Source: Ruditapes philippinarum
Lineage: Eukaryota
NCBI RefSeq assembly: GCF_026571515.1
Contig: NW_026864050.1
Location: 1-64,000, forward strand
Direction of reading: 5' to 3'
DNA: 64,000 nt
This document shows positions 13,395 to 27,300 of this stretch, one piece after another. Position 1 is the stretch's first letter; every line of letters begins with the position of its first letter. The notes below the pieces were generated by a model. It saw only the letters and a list, made by a program, of their open reading frames with translations. It made no database searches and was not told the origin of the DNA. The position numbers were made by a program, and so were the translations under genes.

Positions 13395-16300
13395 TCAGTT
13401 ATTTGAACTAACAGTTGATTTAATGTCATCCCCGTCTTCTTGGTCACCCTCCCCCTCGCCAAGGAGTCCGAACGATTTAAAAACTTTATGTTGCCGTGTT
13501 GTTCTCAGCTTTTTTAAGTCTCCGGTATATTGTTGCTCGCGTATCAACTGACGTCTCTGATCCTCAAGCTCAAGTTTATGCTCCTGCAAAGCTCGAGTTT
13601 TTCTTATAAGCTCTAAAAGCTCTTTTCTTAATTGTCTATTTTCAAGCTTTATTTTATTTGTATGGTCGGTAAGGCACATTATTGCTTCCTGAAAATAGAA
13701 TTGATTGAAAATATGTATAAATTTAAACATTTATAGCATTATTTTTCACTGCATAACACATACTTGTATATAGGACTTTATACATATAAAAAAATTTTGT
13801 TTTTAAAAAAGGTTGTTTTTTTACCACTTGTCCCATTTTTGTGGGGTTTAACTAAAAAAACGGTAAGTTTTTTTAATTTTTTTTTTCCTTTGATTTTTCA
13901 ACACGTAAAGGTCTTTTGTTATTTTCCAGTTTTAGTTTTTTGAGGAAGCCCTCAAGTGCTCCTCCCTGCTTTTTCAGACACAAATGCAAAAACCTTTTTC
14001 TTTGTAGCCAGAGTTATGAAACACAAAAAAAAATTAAAAAAGGGAAAAGTTTTAAAAGTTATTAAGTTAAAAAATTTTTTAAAAACCATTTTTCGTTAAA
14101 AATAAAACTTTATATTTTTACATGATTTTTTTAAATATATTCATTTATATTGGGGGCTTTTAAAAACCACACAAAATTTGTTGACTGTGATTGATGTACA
14201 TCTTCAGACAATTATTTTTACATAATATCAAAAAATACTTTTACATAATATCAAAGAAAAGCAAGATATCCTTGGTTACCTGACGTTTGAAAACAATTTA
14301 CAAAAACAAAAATATAAAAAAAAGATGCATAAAGTAATTAAGATTTTCCAAATGCAATGTCTAAAATGATTACAAAACAGGAAGTCTGCTGCTGACCCAT
14401 CACTTTTAGAATAACAATTTATGAGTAATGAATCTCCTATGACATATACATGTACATACACGCATGTTACACATACGCACATGTTACATACTGTTTATGC
14501 AATATTTCATCAACAGTTTGAATAAATGCCGTTAACTGTCAACATACATGTGATAAAAAATATCTGTTAACAAATGTAGAACTTATATACATGTTACCAT
14601 CCTTTCTAAAAGAAAATTTAAAAAAAAAATGAAAATGGGGAAAACAAAAAGGCCTGTGAAAACTTTCATCAGAATTAATTTTCTAAGCAAATTAATGTCA
14701 TTAAGATCAAATCACTAAAACTTGGCAGTAAATTATATAAGTGCAGTCAAGTCCCACTGCTCAGACAATTAAATTGATATCTTAGAGTAATCTCCCCTAT
14801 TCAAATTTGAAGCATTTTATAAGTTTGTTCGTTTGATTGGGTTTTATGTCACATCAATACAGTATAGGTCATATAGTGATGTTCCAGCTTTACTGATGGA
14901 CGAAAACCTCAGGTGCTCTTCTGTGCATTATTTTAGACAGGAAGGTAAAGCAATAAGATAAATATGAAATAAACAAAATATGTATCTGCATGTAATATGT
15001 AGATGAATCAAGTGTGTATGTTACACCAGAGTGTTTATGGTACTAGTGAAATATTACAGGAACAGGCATGCCATCGTATATGAGTGCTAATTTTTAGTCT
15101 TTTTGTTAACTTTTAGGTAATAAGGTGTAATCTCTCAAGATATTTTTGTCCTGACTTGTCAACATGATTCATCCTAAAGTAATTTCAAAGAAGCATATGC
15201 CTAATATACATATACTATCAATTCGTGACTTCCCGTCCATATGTGACCTAAATAAATGTCTGGTATTAACACTCCTGCAAGGACATACACCATCCGAAAA
15301 GTTTTAGCCGACACTCCATTTGGCAATTTTATTCAATCTAAATGCATAATTGAACAGGTGTAAATGTGCTTACCCTACAGTCCATTTAATAACTTAACTA
15401 CTTTATAATATTGAATATTGATGTTATAAATTTATCAAACACACAATCAATAAAAAAAAATATTCATATGTTGTAAAAATTTACTGAAGATTTTGAAACA
15501 TATATTGATCAGATCGAACTGAAAATAACCAAGCTAACATTTAGTGGTGTGAACACCTTTATTTTGATGACGTCACAGGATGAACCAGATTTCACAAATG
15601 GATGGGTAAGCGTCAAGCTGAGCAAGACAGTCATGGTTGACATATTCAGTTGCTCTGTTATTTGTTCTTTTAATAAGTAATTTAAAGTTTTTGAACTTCT
15701 AGATATTGAATTTATTAAACAAATGCACAAATCGCATTGTATGTATGTGTGATATTTGTTGCAATGTACAATATTTCAAAATAAGAGTTACGAATCAATG
15801 AGAGAAAAGCATAATTTATGATTTTCTTTTTACTCTGGTATAAAAATCTGATAACTTAAAGTAGGTTAAACAATAATTTTTTATTCCTAAATTCTTATTA
15901 AAATTTTCATATTATTACATTATTATTTACAAGATATACTGGTAAATATAATAGGTACTTTTAGAATTGACAAAAGAAAATTTAACATGTAAGGGAGACA
16001 ATTATGCTGAAAACAATAGTGGCACCAAGAGTTAGCTACCTTGTTGGCTTTCCTCTGTAAAGTGGATATTTTACTCTCGGAATCATGCTGATATTCTCTC
16101 TTGTCTCGTAAAAATTGGGCTTTAAGTTGCTGTATTGTCTCTGAATGTTTGGAACGTAATTTCATCACCTCTTTCTCGAGATCTTTTATCCTGTTCAACT
16201 GCTCTGTTTGTAAATTCTGTAGTAATAAGTAAAGTAAATATATAATTATATTATGCTTGTTTTCCAATCCATATATATATATATTGTGATGTAAATAATA

Positions 16301-19300
16301 TATGCTTATAAATTTGCTAAAATAAAAAATTTGTTTAAAGTAACTTTATATAGGGGGGAAAAAGTTGAAAAATATCTAATTCTGCGTAAATCAATTAGAA
16401 ATGAATTGTAAATTTATTTCCTCTGTATAATACAGATGTAAGTATGCAAAATGGCGTTATAGACAGAGCATGGTTTGAGCAGCAGGCTTTTAAATTTTGT
16501 TTTGGATAAAAAGCATGCAAAAAGTCAATATCTAAGTCTGTGCATGGTAATTGAGCCATCGCATGACAAACAAATAATGGCTTTGCAGTCCAGATGGATG
16601 TACAGACCACCTGCACATTGCGGCGGCTGTCAGGATCGCATGCTGTTCGAGATTACACACTATAACAAATAAGAGAAACTGATATGCGAACAGCATGGAT
16701 CCTGATCAGACTGCGCGGATATGCAGGCTGGTCTGGATCCATGCTGGTCGCAAACACACTATGTTGGTTTTGTCATGACACGGCTCATTATGTTAAACTC
16801 ATTGTGCACTTTCAGCTTATTTATTTTGATGTGTTATTTAAATCATTTTTTGAATTTTAGGGGCATGTAGACCATTAATCATCAATTATTTTAACTTGTG
16901 ACTCTGATCTGAAACTAAATATAATAGCATATATAAGTAAAGGGAGGCAACTGGTATGATAAAAATACTTAAAAGACTATGTGATTCATTTGTTGAGACA
17001 TATGATATTCCCTTGTGTGATGTGCAACGAATTTCTTATACCACATGACACTTTGTATAGCAAAAACCTTTAACTTTGTTTATGATTATGGGCATCTAAC
17101 ATTAAATGATGAATTAGAGTTGTGGGAAGGGAAGTGGGACAGAGAGAAAGAATATAGTCTGTTCAAAAGATTATTCATTTCAGTTTTCAATAATTACCAT
17201 AACACATTTTTTAAGTCATAAATTTATCTGTACCCTATGGTGATTTCCAAGTATTTCTCATTATATAGAATATAACAGAGTCTGCTTAGTAACATTCAAC
17301 TTTTAACTTTGTTCATTGTTGGAAGATCTCCTACCTCCCCCTACCCTTGTCAAGATTTTTTATATATTAATCATCATATTTAAACGATCTTACTATACGC
17401 TATAATGAACCGAAGTAAGTTAGTTTTGAGTTGTTTTGTCAATAATTGCTTCATAATAATATTTTTAAGCTGAAAAAAAAATATTACAAGAATTGTCCGA
17501 GTTTAAACGTCCCCGTCTCAGGGAAAGTTTTATTATAAGCATAATTGTCTATTAAAAAGATTGCAAGTAATAAGAGTCAGACTTCACTCAAAAAATTAAT
17601 GTACTCAATAGCTAGCATCTACAAATGCCCACATGGATTTATACGATACTGTAAACATGAAAACCGGAATCGAAAAACTTCTATCATGTTACCCCTTATG
17701 ACCGCAATGGTGACTTTGACCTTGAGGTACGCGCGTGCAGATGTTGTGCATGACTAATAATCTAATTAAATATTACTATTCATGTGTTCAGTATTTTCAA
17801 AATCACCTTGAAGTCTAGTAGAAGTGTATAGAATCGGCACACAAAATATACCCCTAACACAAGGACAGCTATTATCAATCTTTGAACCTTAAGTGTGACA
17901 TTTGGTAAGTAGGTGCCCATTTTTTGCGCTGACATGATTCATCTTATTATTTGTGATATTGTGCAAAGTATTTTAAAATTCCAGGTTATGGATCTGACAA
18001 AAATATACCCTATTCTGAGTATGGTAAATGTTTGACCTCTATGTGAACCTTGACTTGGAGTAGGGTGACACATGTTGTTATGCAGACAATCACCTTTATC
18101 ATTGTGACTATTTGTGCAAGTATTTCAACATCCTTGATAATATGAAGAAGTTATAAAGAGGGCACAAATAAACCATCATACACTAGATCTGTTTAACCTT
18201 TGACATCTAATGTGACTTGACTTGTGAGGTAGGGTGTGCTAGGTGTGGTACTCCATGACATAGTTTGTCTTATTATTGTTGACTAATTTGTGCCTAGTTT
18301 ATTTGCAAATATCTCTGAAGAAGTACATTTAAATCATACCTAACATATAGCGTTATCTTTTGACCCTTCTAAGTTGACTTGAAACTTGGGAGGCTAGGGA
18401 TCAGTGTTGCCATTACACATTGTCTTATTATAATGACTTTTGGTGGCTAAGCTATTTAACAAAATCTTTGAATTATAAAAAAGTTATGACTGGACGAAAA
18501 TATAGCCCTGTAAATAGACTATGTTAATCTTGACTCCAAAGTTGACTACCTTTAGTAGGATGACCGTTTGTTTGCACATGAAACATGTTCATTATAAGGA
18601 ACAATTGTGGCAATTATTTACTAAAAGTCCTTCAAGATAAGAAAGTTATGGACGACACATTGAGTATACATCAAATAGACATGTTGACCTTTGAAGAGCG
18701 CAAGTGGACCCTTGCACCTGGAGGTAGGGTATGGTTGTAGGCATGACACATCGACTATTATAAAAACATTTTGTGTCCAAGTTATTCAGATTTCCTTTGA
18801 TAAATGATAAAAGTTATGAACCGGACAGCTAAATATACCTCTGTAATAGACTATGTTAATCTTTGACCTCCAAGTGTGACTGAACCTTTTGGAGGGTAAG
18901 TTGACCGTTGTTGCGCATTTGACACATGTCTCATTAATTGGTGATACAATTTGCAAGTATTTTACAAAATTCCCTTCAAACATAAGAAAGATATGGCGAA
19001 CGAATATACATAAATAGACAATGTTGAACTTGAATGAGAAGTGTGACCTTGACCTTGGAGATTAGGGGTCTGGTTTTATGCACATGAACGTCGTCTTATT
19101 ATATAAGAAACATTTGTGCCAAGTTTTCAATTCTTTTAATAATGACAAAGTTAATGGACAGGAACATAAGTGTGATGGACGGACGAAGAGTACGTGCAGA
19201 GCTATACTATTATCCCTTTTTTCTTCGAACAGTGCGGGGAACCAAAGTGCTTAAGTAGCTTCAGCATAAACAATTATATTTCTGTCTTACTTCCATAACA

Positions 19301-22300
19301 TTTACACAGTCACTGTCTTAAGATCAATTCTTTAGATGAATCATTTTAAAATGCTTTAACTTAACCCTTTAAACAATAGACGTCTTTAATAGATTTGCCC
19401 ATCTTTCAATCTGGATAAAACCATTTATCATTTTTTAGGGAAAATGTCAAAATATATATTTTTTAGGGAAAATGTCAATATATGTACTGAAATATATGTA
19501 CTGACTGAATAGCAAATAATTCAGACCATGATCAGATGGCACTAATGTGGGGTGCCAGCAGATCTTGGTCTGTACTGATCTCATGGGTGAAGAAGTTGCT
19601 ACCAACAGGATATTCAGCCCAGTAAAGGTTTCAAAAAACATTGACAGAAACTTCTACCAATATGGTTCATACTGCAGTTTCACACACAATCAATTTTCAA
19701 AATTTGTACCTATTTAAATAATATTAACCTAAAGATACTCATTTACTGCTTACAAATTTATTTGTTTTCCCTTTAACCTTTAGAATACTGAACATACCTT
19801 TGCCACAAGTATAGAACAAGGTAATTCTGCAAATCCATACAGTCTCTGATCAGGCTTTATACATTTCAAATTTATAACCCTTTTAATATCCTCAAAATTT
19901 ATTAATGGAAGGTGAAAAAAAGAAAGCTGAATAAATCTATTTCAGCTAGATGGTCTTAGACAATGCAATTTCTTATTCACTACTAAAGGAACCTAAGATT
20001 TATTTGTGTTCGTCTGACAAGGTTTGTCACTAGGATATTACAATAACTTCATATATTTGACAAAAGATACTTGAATGACAAGTGTCTCAGGTTAAGTATT
20101 TTGCCTGAAAGACTAGATGTCTGTCATTACACGAAGGGTGACTGTCATACATATAATAAAAACCCTGGCTCACAATTGGTTGGGAAAGTCTTCAATTTTT
20201 TAATACATATCTACTACTCTACATTGCTGTACACTCTTCTTCTCATTAAATAATGGAATAAACTAAGTGACCAAATTAATCTTCGACAAAACTGTCACAT
20301 AAACCATATGCTCAGTCAAGGACAAAAACTTTTTTTTGTTTTTTGGTTTAAAATCGTACTAATACTGTAAAGGTTGTATAGTGACCTTAGGTGCTCTTCT
20401 GTGCATTATTTCAGGCATGAACGGAAAATTCAAAATGTAACAGTTAAAAAGCAATGAAGTGTAATCAACATTTAAGTTAGTTCAAGAATAAAAGATAACA
20501 AAAATATAAATACCTTTTTCTTTATCATTGTACTCTTCATCCATGATTTCTCTCTGTAGTTGAATATTTCTAATCTCTTGTTTATTATGGTCACTAAGGG
20601 TAATGATGGTAGTCTGACGTTTTGTCGTCTTCTTTTCCATGTAACTCATGTACTCATGCTGCAATTAAATCATTAAAGGTGCACAATAAATTTACAGTCA
20701 AGGAAATTCTTCCAGCACCAAATAATGAAAGACAAAATAATACTGTCTTTTGCTTTGTTAGGTCTTAAGTCCAGAAGGACACCAAACATAAACAGGAAAG
20801 GCGGCCATACTGTAAAGGTCGTCATATGAGTTGCCTTTGCAACTTTGTTGTTTTCACTGTTTATGTTGTAACATCAACCAATTTGGCAGGATTTTTTTTC
20901 TTCTTGGGGGGGGGGGGGGCTTTACTTGTGAAGGAGGACCTCTAAAGTTAAAGTTGCCCCTCTATTTTTTACAATTTTTTATTGGTTGACAATACTTTAT
21001 TTCATCTAAGCTTTCGTCATTCATTTTAATTTTTCATGTATTCTATGTAATAAAAAGTTTTAAAATACAAGTTTACTTACACTTTCCACCCTCACTTTTT
21101 GAGCTTCTTGTTGCAGCCACTCATTCTCCTTTCGTCTATTGATTTGTTAAGTAACATATGTACAATGTAAATAAAATGTTTAAAAAGCAGAGCTCTTAAG
21201 TATGAATAAGAATAGCCATATTAATTTGGCATGAATGGTTTGACCCATTTTACAGACTGTTTTTTTCCTTAGTAACTGTCAAAAAACATCGCCCATCAAT
21301 AATTATCTTGATGTCTCTTTGACAAGTCTAATTAGATGGATTAGATAGACTAGAATAAGGAAAACCTTATAATGACATCAGCAATGAGTATACCGAAATA
21401 ACTAGGCCAACATATACTTCCATGAAGTCTTGCAAGGCTTTAAACAATTTGATGGTATAAACAATATACTTATTTTCTAAACTCAGAGCAAGACAAACAC
21501 TATAAGAAATCATTTATTAACAGCAAATGCAAACCTTACAAGAGCTGACAGCATGCTTGACTATTCTCAGCGCTTGATAGTAAGAAAAAAAGGCATACCC
21601 TGTAGAAGGTAACTCAGTGTTGTGAGACCAGTGTCCATCATGTTAGGTAATCCCAGAGAACAAGTGTGTGAAGTTTCAACCTATTCTCTTTAGTAGTTTT
21701 GACAATATTAACTTGCACACAAAAACTTAACTTTAAAGTTGCCATCACCAGGTACTCTCAATATAATACCTCCCCCTTTTCTTGGAAAAGTTGAATAAAT
21801 CATATCTATAAAATCTGTCACTGATCTTAATATCAAAGGGATCAAGTGATGTTTACAGTGACCTAAGTTTATCTCCCTTATTTTTTTCAGTAGAATTTTA
21901 AATGTTATAATTTTGATGATTTAAATATAGTATATACTGAAAGGATACAGATCTTCGACATTGCTCTTTGCATTCTCAAGCTCTTTGGTCACCTTTTCCA
22001 ACCTAAAAATGATAAAAGAAAATTTAAAATAAACATTCCTATATAAGTATCATCATTGACAACAATGTTATAAATCAGTTATTACATAACTTAAGCTGAA
22101 AAAGAAGTTAATTGGAAATATTTCGTACTTTAAATGAATTAGCTTTACTTACTTACATCAATATCACTTATTGTTTGTTTCAATACAACATTTGTTACTA
22201 TTTTGTGCTGAGAATTGCTCCAACCACTTTAAAAACATCAAACTTTACGAAAGATAAAAAAATCTACCTGGCATACAGTCGGACAGGCTGGAAATTTTTG

Positions 22301-24044
22301 TAAGAACAAAAGATTCAGATTATTTAAATTTGAGCCAAAACATTTATAACCTTTAATATTAAGATATATGTTATTTACATATTTTATTCATCATATAACA
22401 CTTTTCATCAATATATATTACTGCATGTACATTTAAGACTACCTTATAGCGACCCCCTGATTTCAACGACTCCCTGTCTTATCCGACCTTGTTTCAGTCT
22501 TCTCAATATATTTTCCAATATAAATGGTTTGAATTATACAACTCCCTGTTATATGTGACAAGCAACCTTAATTGCCTGATCCTAATGCATTGCTTTGTCT
22601 GATTTTAACGACTTTCACAAGTTTAAATTGTCCATTAATCAGATAAATAATACCTGTTTCAACACCCAGAGGGCCAAAACAATTAAGTCCAATTACTATC
22701 CAGTAGTCAGTACATTTCAAACTAACTCTACACAACTCTGCCTCAATGACACGGTTTACATGTCAACAGGTATCAGGTGACATAGCGTCTACTCACTACT
22801 GCCAAATGCATGTTGCAATTGATGTGTGTTAACAAATTGAGGTGTAATGTGCAAAATGACCTGAGCAAACTGAATTAAGATTTGCGTTAGATTTCTTAAA
22901 AATGTTTATGAAGTGCCAACGAAAGAGTTTTTTAATAGGCATCATGTTTTTTTTTAATTTACCTTTCTATGGCTGCATGAATACTACGGAAAAATGTTGA
23001 TACCAGACCTTTCATTTAAAGAGAAAAAACTTTGGATATGGATATGTTTTTTAAGTATGATATTTATTTTAAGGATCTAAGAATGTATCAAATTAAAGTT
23101 TATTTTATACCATAATAATTCAATATAAATCTAATACAAAAAATGAAATGAAATTTTATATAATATACACGCCATTATATTTTTTTTTACAGGGATTTAT
23201 ATTTTATTTTCATTTGAAGTACCTATGTTTATTTGCAATTGATTAGATATTATTCCTTCACACAGTTACGTATGTTAAGTCACAATGGTATAAGATAGTA
23301 CTTAAATTTTAATTTTAAGAGAATCCCTGTCATATGTGACCTTTTTCTAAGGTTCCCTTCATATATAGAAGCAATAATACTCATTGTCAGTCCTGTCAAA
23401 TCTCCTAAATGCCTTCGTGAAAATGACTATCTATCTATCTATCTATCTTCCATTAATGTCAAACCCCTCGCGGGGACGTAGACATGACTCTAGACTTCAG
23501 AGACAGCGATGAGATACAAGGGAATCCAGGAACCAGTCCCAAGCACTTATTGAATAGACCCCTTGGTTCTTTACATGCCCCGTGAAAAGCACTGATACAT
23601 GCAAGTATTACCTGGATTTCTTACCAGTACATCTCTTTAGGTAGGTGGGAAACATTAAAAGTGAAAAATTTGCATTGATTGAATTCTAACAAGTGTTTAC
23701 TGAATGTGACCCTTTACATATTGTCTGATATGGCATATGAAAAATATTTGATTTTTCAAAAACATTTTGATCATTAAAAATAAATGAACAAACACTGACA
23801 TTTTCAAACAAAATGAATTTTAACAACAATTAAAAACACAGAATCATTGATTTGAGAATTGACATGATTGACTGTATCAATGTTCATCAACATTTTCTTA
23901 CTCTTGTTGTAGAAGTGTTTCTTTTTGAGATGGTTCAGCACCTGCATCTCCATCAGCACCACCTTCTTCGCCTCCCTTTCCACCCTTCTTTCCCTTTTTA
24001 CCCTTCTTTCCTTTCTTTCCCTTACCCTTTTTCTTTGGTGGCAT
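13395..24044 (-). CDS. CCDC166: Coiled-coil protein, CCDC166/CCDC121 (DUF4515) family
   Basis: Exons (minus): 24044-23902, 22002-21949, 21135-21081, 20658-20514, [exon not found], 16216-16040, 13688-13395. Protein: MPPKKKGKGKKG...EPSQKETLLQQELEKVTKEL...ENEWLQQEAQKVRVESHEYMSYM...IITLSDHNKQE...LQTEQLNRIKDLEKEVMKLR...FLRDKREY...EAIMCLTDHTNKIKLENRQLRKELL. This is collinear with CCDC166 motifs (LQLEQLARIRALERE, HTQAIKADN..LRQELL). Splice phases match except across 20514->16216. Confidence 0.8.
16552..16787. mobile_element. 237-bp foldback MITE copy (left arm corrupted)
   Basis: The right arm matches the copies at 32284, 55969 and 59541; the left arm is recognisable but indel-rich. Confidence 0.8.
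17640..19245 (-). mobile_element. Reverse-oriented HINE-like element with ~160-170-bp satellite monomers (highly noisy)
   Basis: About nine monomers with TGTGACCTTGACCTTGGAGGTAGGG-like motifs. GGACGGACG microsatellite and a TATCCCTTTT...GCGGGGA subterminal inverted repeat lie at the right end. Confidence 0.65.
21537..21790 (-). mobile_element. Short degenerate HINE-like element
   Basis: ACAAGAGCTGACAG (reverse of the HINE 3' end), one partial monomer, and a CCCCCTTTTCTTGGAAAAG terminus. Confidence 0.4.
23427..23640 (-). mobile_element. 5'-truncated SINE with (TAGA)n tail
   Basis: (CTAT)5 tail followed by a GC-richer body with GGTTCTTTACATGCCCC...AGCACTGATACA, resembling Nin/Deu-type SINE cores. 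Confidence 0.4.
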
Positions 24045-24347
24045 CTTATGTTCTCGCACCTGTTAATGGCGTCCTTGTTGTCAAGAGAAACAAATGAGCC
24101 GCAGTAAAGAATTTATCATTTATTGTCAAAATAAATTGATATGGTTCAATATATATATTATCAATATTGTATATGAGATATTTTCTCTAAATCAAATTAT
24201 TTGATTGTTATTTAGAATGAAAATGTATTGAGGAAGCATACGAAACTAAAGCCAAAAATCTTAAATCAATGAACGCTTGAAAGTTGTTCAATATTTAAAT
24301 TACGCCTCAACTACCCTGATCATATTTATTTCCCGCAATATTCCAAC
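24045..24347. promoter_or_regulatory. Putative bidirectional promoter between CCDC166-like and LSM11
   Basis: Divergent start codons are separated by only 303 bp. Confidence 0.6.
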
Positions 24348-27300
24348 ATGGCAGCCCCCATAGAACAAGAACCGAAAACACCGACTTCTGGTAAAATTCC
24401 GGACTTCCTCGACCCGTTGTCGCCAAAATTTGATCCTAGACGTGCGTTATACGACAGTCAAACACCAATACCTGTACCAGACGCAAAACAATTCAATAAT
24501 TTGGCTGAATTTGAAAATTATCTAGAAGGAAAAGATGCTAAAACTTATCAGAAGAAAAAAGCTAAGCCCAAAGAGGAATTACCAGGTATTGTTGCTGTCA
24601 GAGCAGCTGCCCAGGCCAAAGAAGCAATAAGAAAGGCTGCAATTATGGCAAAGAATGCTGGTCCAAGTGAACGATCTCAAACCCAAGAAAGAAGAAACAG
24701 AAGCACCACTGTTTTTACTAGGATGGAAAGTATGTTACTTTTTAAGTATGTATAAATAATATGAAATTAGGCAAAGCCTATGAACGGGGAAGTCGTTAAA
24801 AAAGTCCTTTCATTCTTTCCGTTTTAAAGGTGTGACTGTCATTCGGTATTACATGCACCGCTTCCGTTTTCACTCGGAACACTCGACGATTATTATCAAT
24901 CTGAAAAGTTGAGATTTGTTCCGTTATCGGAATATCCCGCCTATTATCATTGAGTTACATTGTAAATGGCGGCGCCCGACTAGAACTGACACTGAACGCC
25001 CGACTAGAACTGACACTGAAAATTTCATTGATAGGTATAGAATTCTATATATTTTTAATTGTTTTTTTATTTGATTTTCTTTTAAATATACACGTGTAGT
25101 CTATAGCCGGGCAAGCCAAAGCCCCGTATCAGTGAAAATGTGCATTTTAAGTACAGATAAATTACAAGAAAGCAAAGCCAAAGACGAACAGGGTAGTCAG
25201 ATAAAAATGTAAACCTGATAATCAAGGAATTGACATAGAAAATTTTGAGGTTTTAACATATTTCTGTTATATTGGTGTCACTAGGTGAGATATATGTGCA
25301 ACCTGACCGGGACTCAAACCAGAGACCTCGGGAATATTATTCCGCAGCTCTACAGGCTTAGCTATCTGGCAGCTAACACATCTTCCCCAAATAGTGAACA
25401 GCCCAGAACCGAGACATACTCCCTGCTATATTGAAATTTGTCTTAGAATTCAAGTCTGACATATGCAGTCACAGCTCACATTGGGCGTCAAACATCAGTG
25501 TAAAAAAATGTGTAGCCTGACCAGGACTAGAACCAGGACCCTTGGAATTTAATACTGTGGCTCTACCGATTGAGCGATTCTGCAGTGAATGCACATATTT
25601 ATCCGGTAAATAATAAACAGATCTAAATCATGTCATACTCTCCAGCTATATTGAAATCAGTCTTCAAATTTCTAGGTGTTACAGTCACAGCCCATGTTCG
25701 GCGCCAAATGTCACAGGGTGAGAAAAATATGAAGCCTGACTGGGACTTGAACCAGGAACTTTTGGGTTTCAAATATATTCTTGCTATTGTTTTAGGTCTA
25801 TCCATAGTTCAACGGAAAGGGCAGAGAAGATGCAATTGGTACAATATACTCATAATTATACAGGACCCTCATGTTTGTCAGATCAAAAAGTTATCAAATC
25901 GAAAATGTCCAAGCAATAACAAGATGTAACATGTATTTCAGGGGAGGCAAATTCAATAGTCCATATTGCTCAGGTTCAATGTCCCGCAGCCTGCACAGAG
26001 ACAAATGGAAAATTTCAAGAATTACTATATAAATATCATATGGACAAATTAAGAATGCTTAAGATAAGAATGGAATGTTCAGTTTTACTGTTAGTCAAAA
26101 TCAGATTTTTGTATTTTATAACCGCTTTTAGTAGTAAAATATGCATCACTTTTCATTTGCTTCTGCAATAAATTACTTATTGCGAATTTTGATACATATT
26201 GTGACAGATTTGGCAAAGCACATCCCTAAATTTTTGTTCAGGTTTTAATATATGAAAGTTGGTAAAGCGTGTGGAATTGGATGATCTGAAAATTAAAGGC
26301 TAAGCAATATATTACAATGCTCATATAGAGTGGCAATTTAGAGTTTAACCACATCCTGTTAAGTGCCACAGAACTTAAACCTGTTGCTAGTTAAACAAGA
26401 TAACTGGCACACACTATCCTCCGTCTTCTGAAGATGCAGTTATAAATTTACCCTTTTTCATTCAGTTTTCAATTTAGATTACTTGTACTTGTAAAATACA
26501 TATAAATTTCTATTAAATATTACGTTGTGTCAAATAAATAGTACAGAAAACTGCATATATATGAAAGTTGACAATGTATTTAAACTTTGATTTTCATATT
26601 TAAAAAATGTTATATCATGATTCAGATTACAAGAAGGGACCGCTCAGTGTGCTGAGGAAGTGTGTTGAAGAACGTCTGCGTGTGATTGTAGTGATTCGAG
26701 CCGCTGTTGCTGTAAGAAGCCGATGTAGAGGATATGTGATTGGATTTGATAAACATTTTAATATGGTAACTTATGCTTGTTTTTTATGCTAATTACTGGC
26801 CGCAATAAAGGTAGCAGTATGCTTTCAACAGCTTAGCCTAGTGGTCCATTATGGAAGTTATTAATCATACTCTTCTGCCTTGGGTTTCACTTAATTTTTG
26901 TAGAATAACAGTAAGATTAAACTTATTTAGAAGTTTTTGTTAAGAATTTAATCTATTTAGCTTTGCCTAGTGATTATATTCCAATGGGTCCAAAATGGCC
27001 ATTCCTAAGGGTCATTTGTTATATAAAAATATAGTAACAGAAAAAATTGTCTCTGAAACCAAAAGACAAGAGCTTAGATATCTAATTTTTGCATAACTTG
27101 ACGATCCTCTACAAACAAGCGTTAAGTTTATGCACCTAGAGTTATATTTATTATAAAAAAATAAAGAAACTAGCTTGTCTGCATCACTTTCGTTACATAG
27201 ATATGTATGGGATGAAGTTTTTAAAATCAGATGACCTTCATAAATATTTTGAAAGTGCCTAGACCTTAGATTTTTGTTAAGAAGCTTTGTTTTATTGGTA

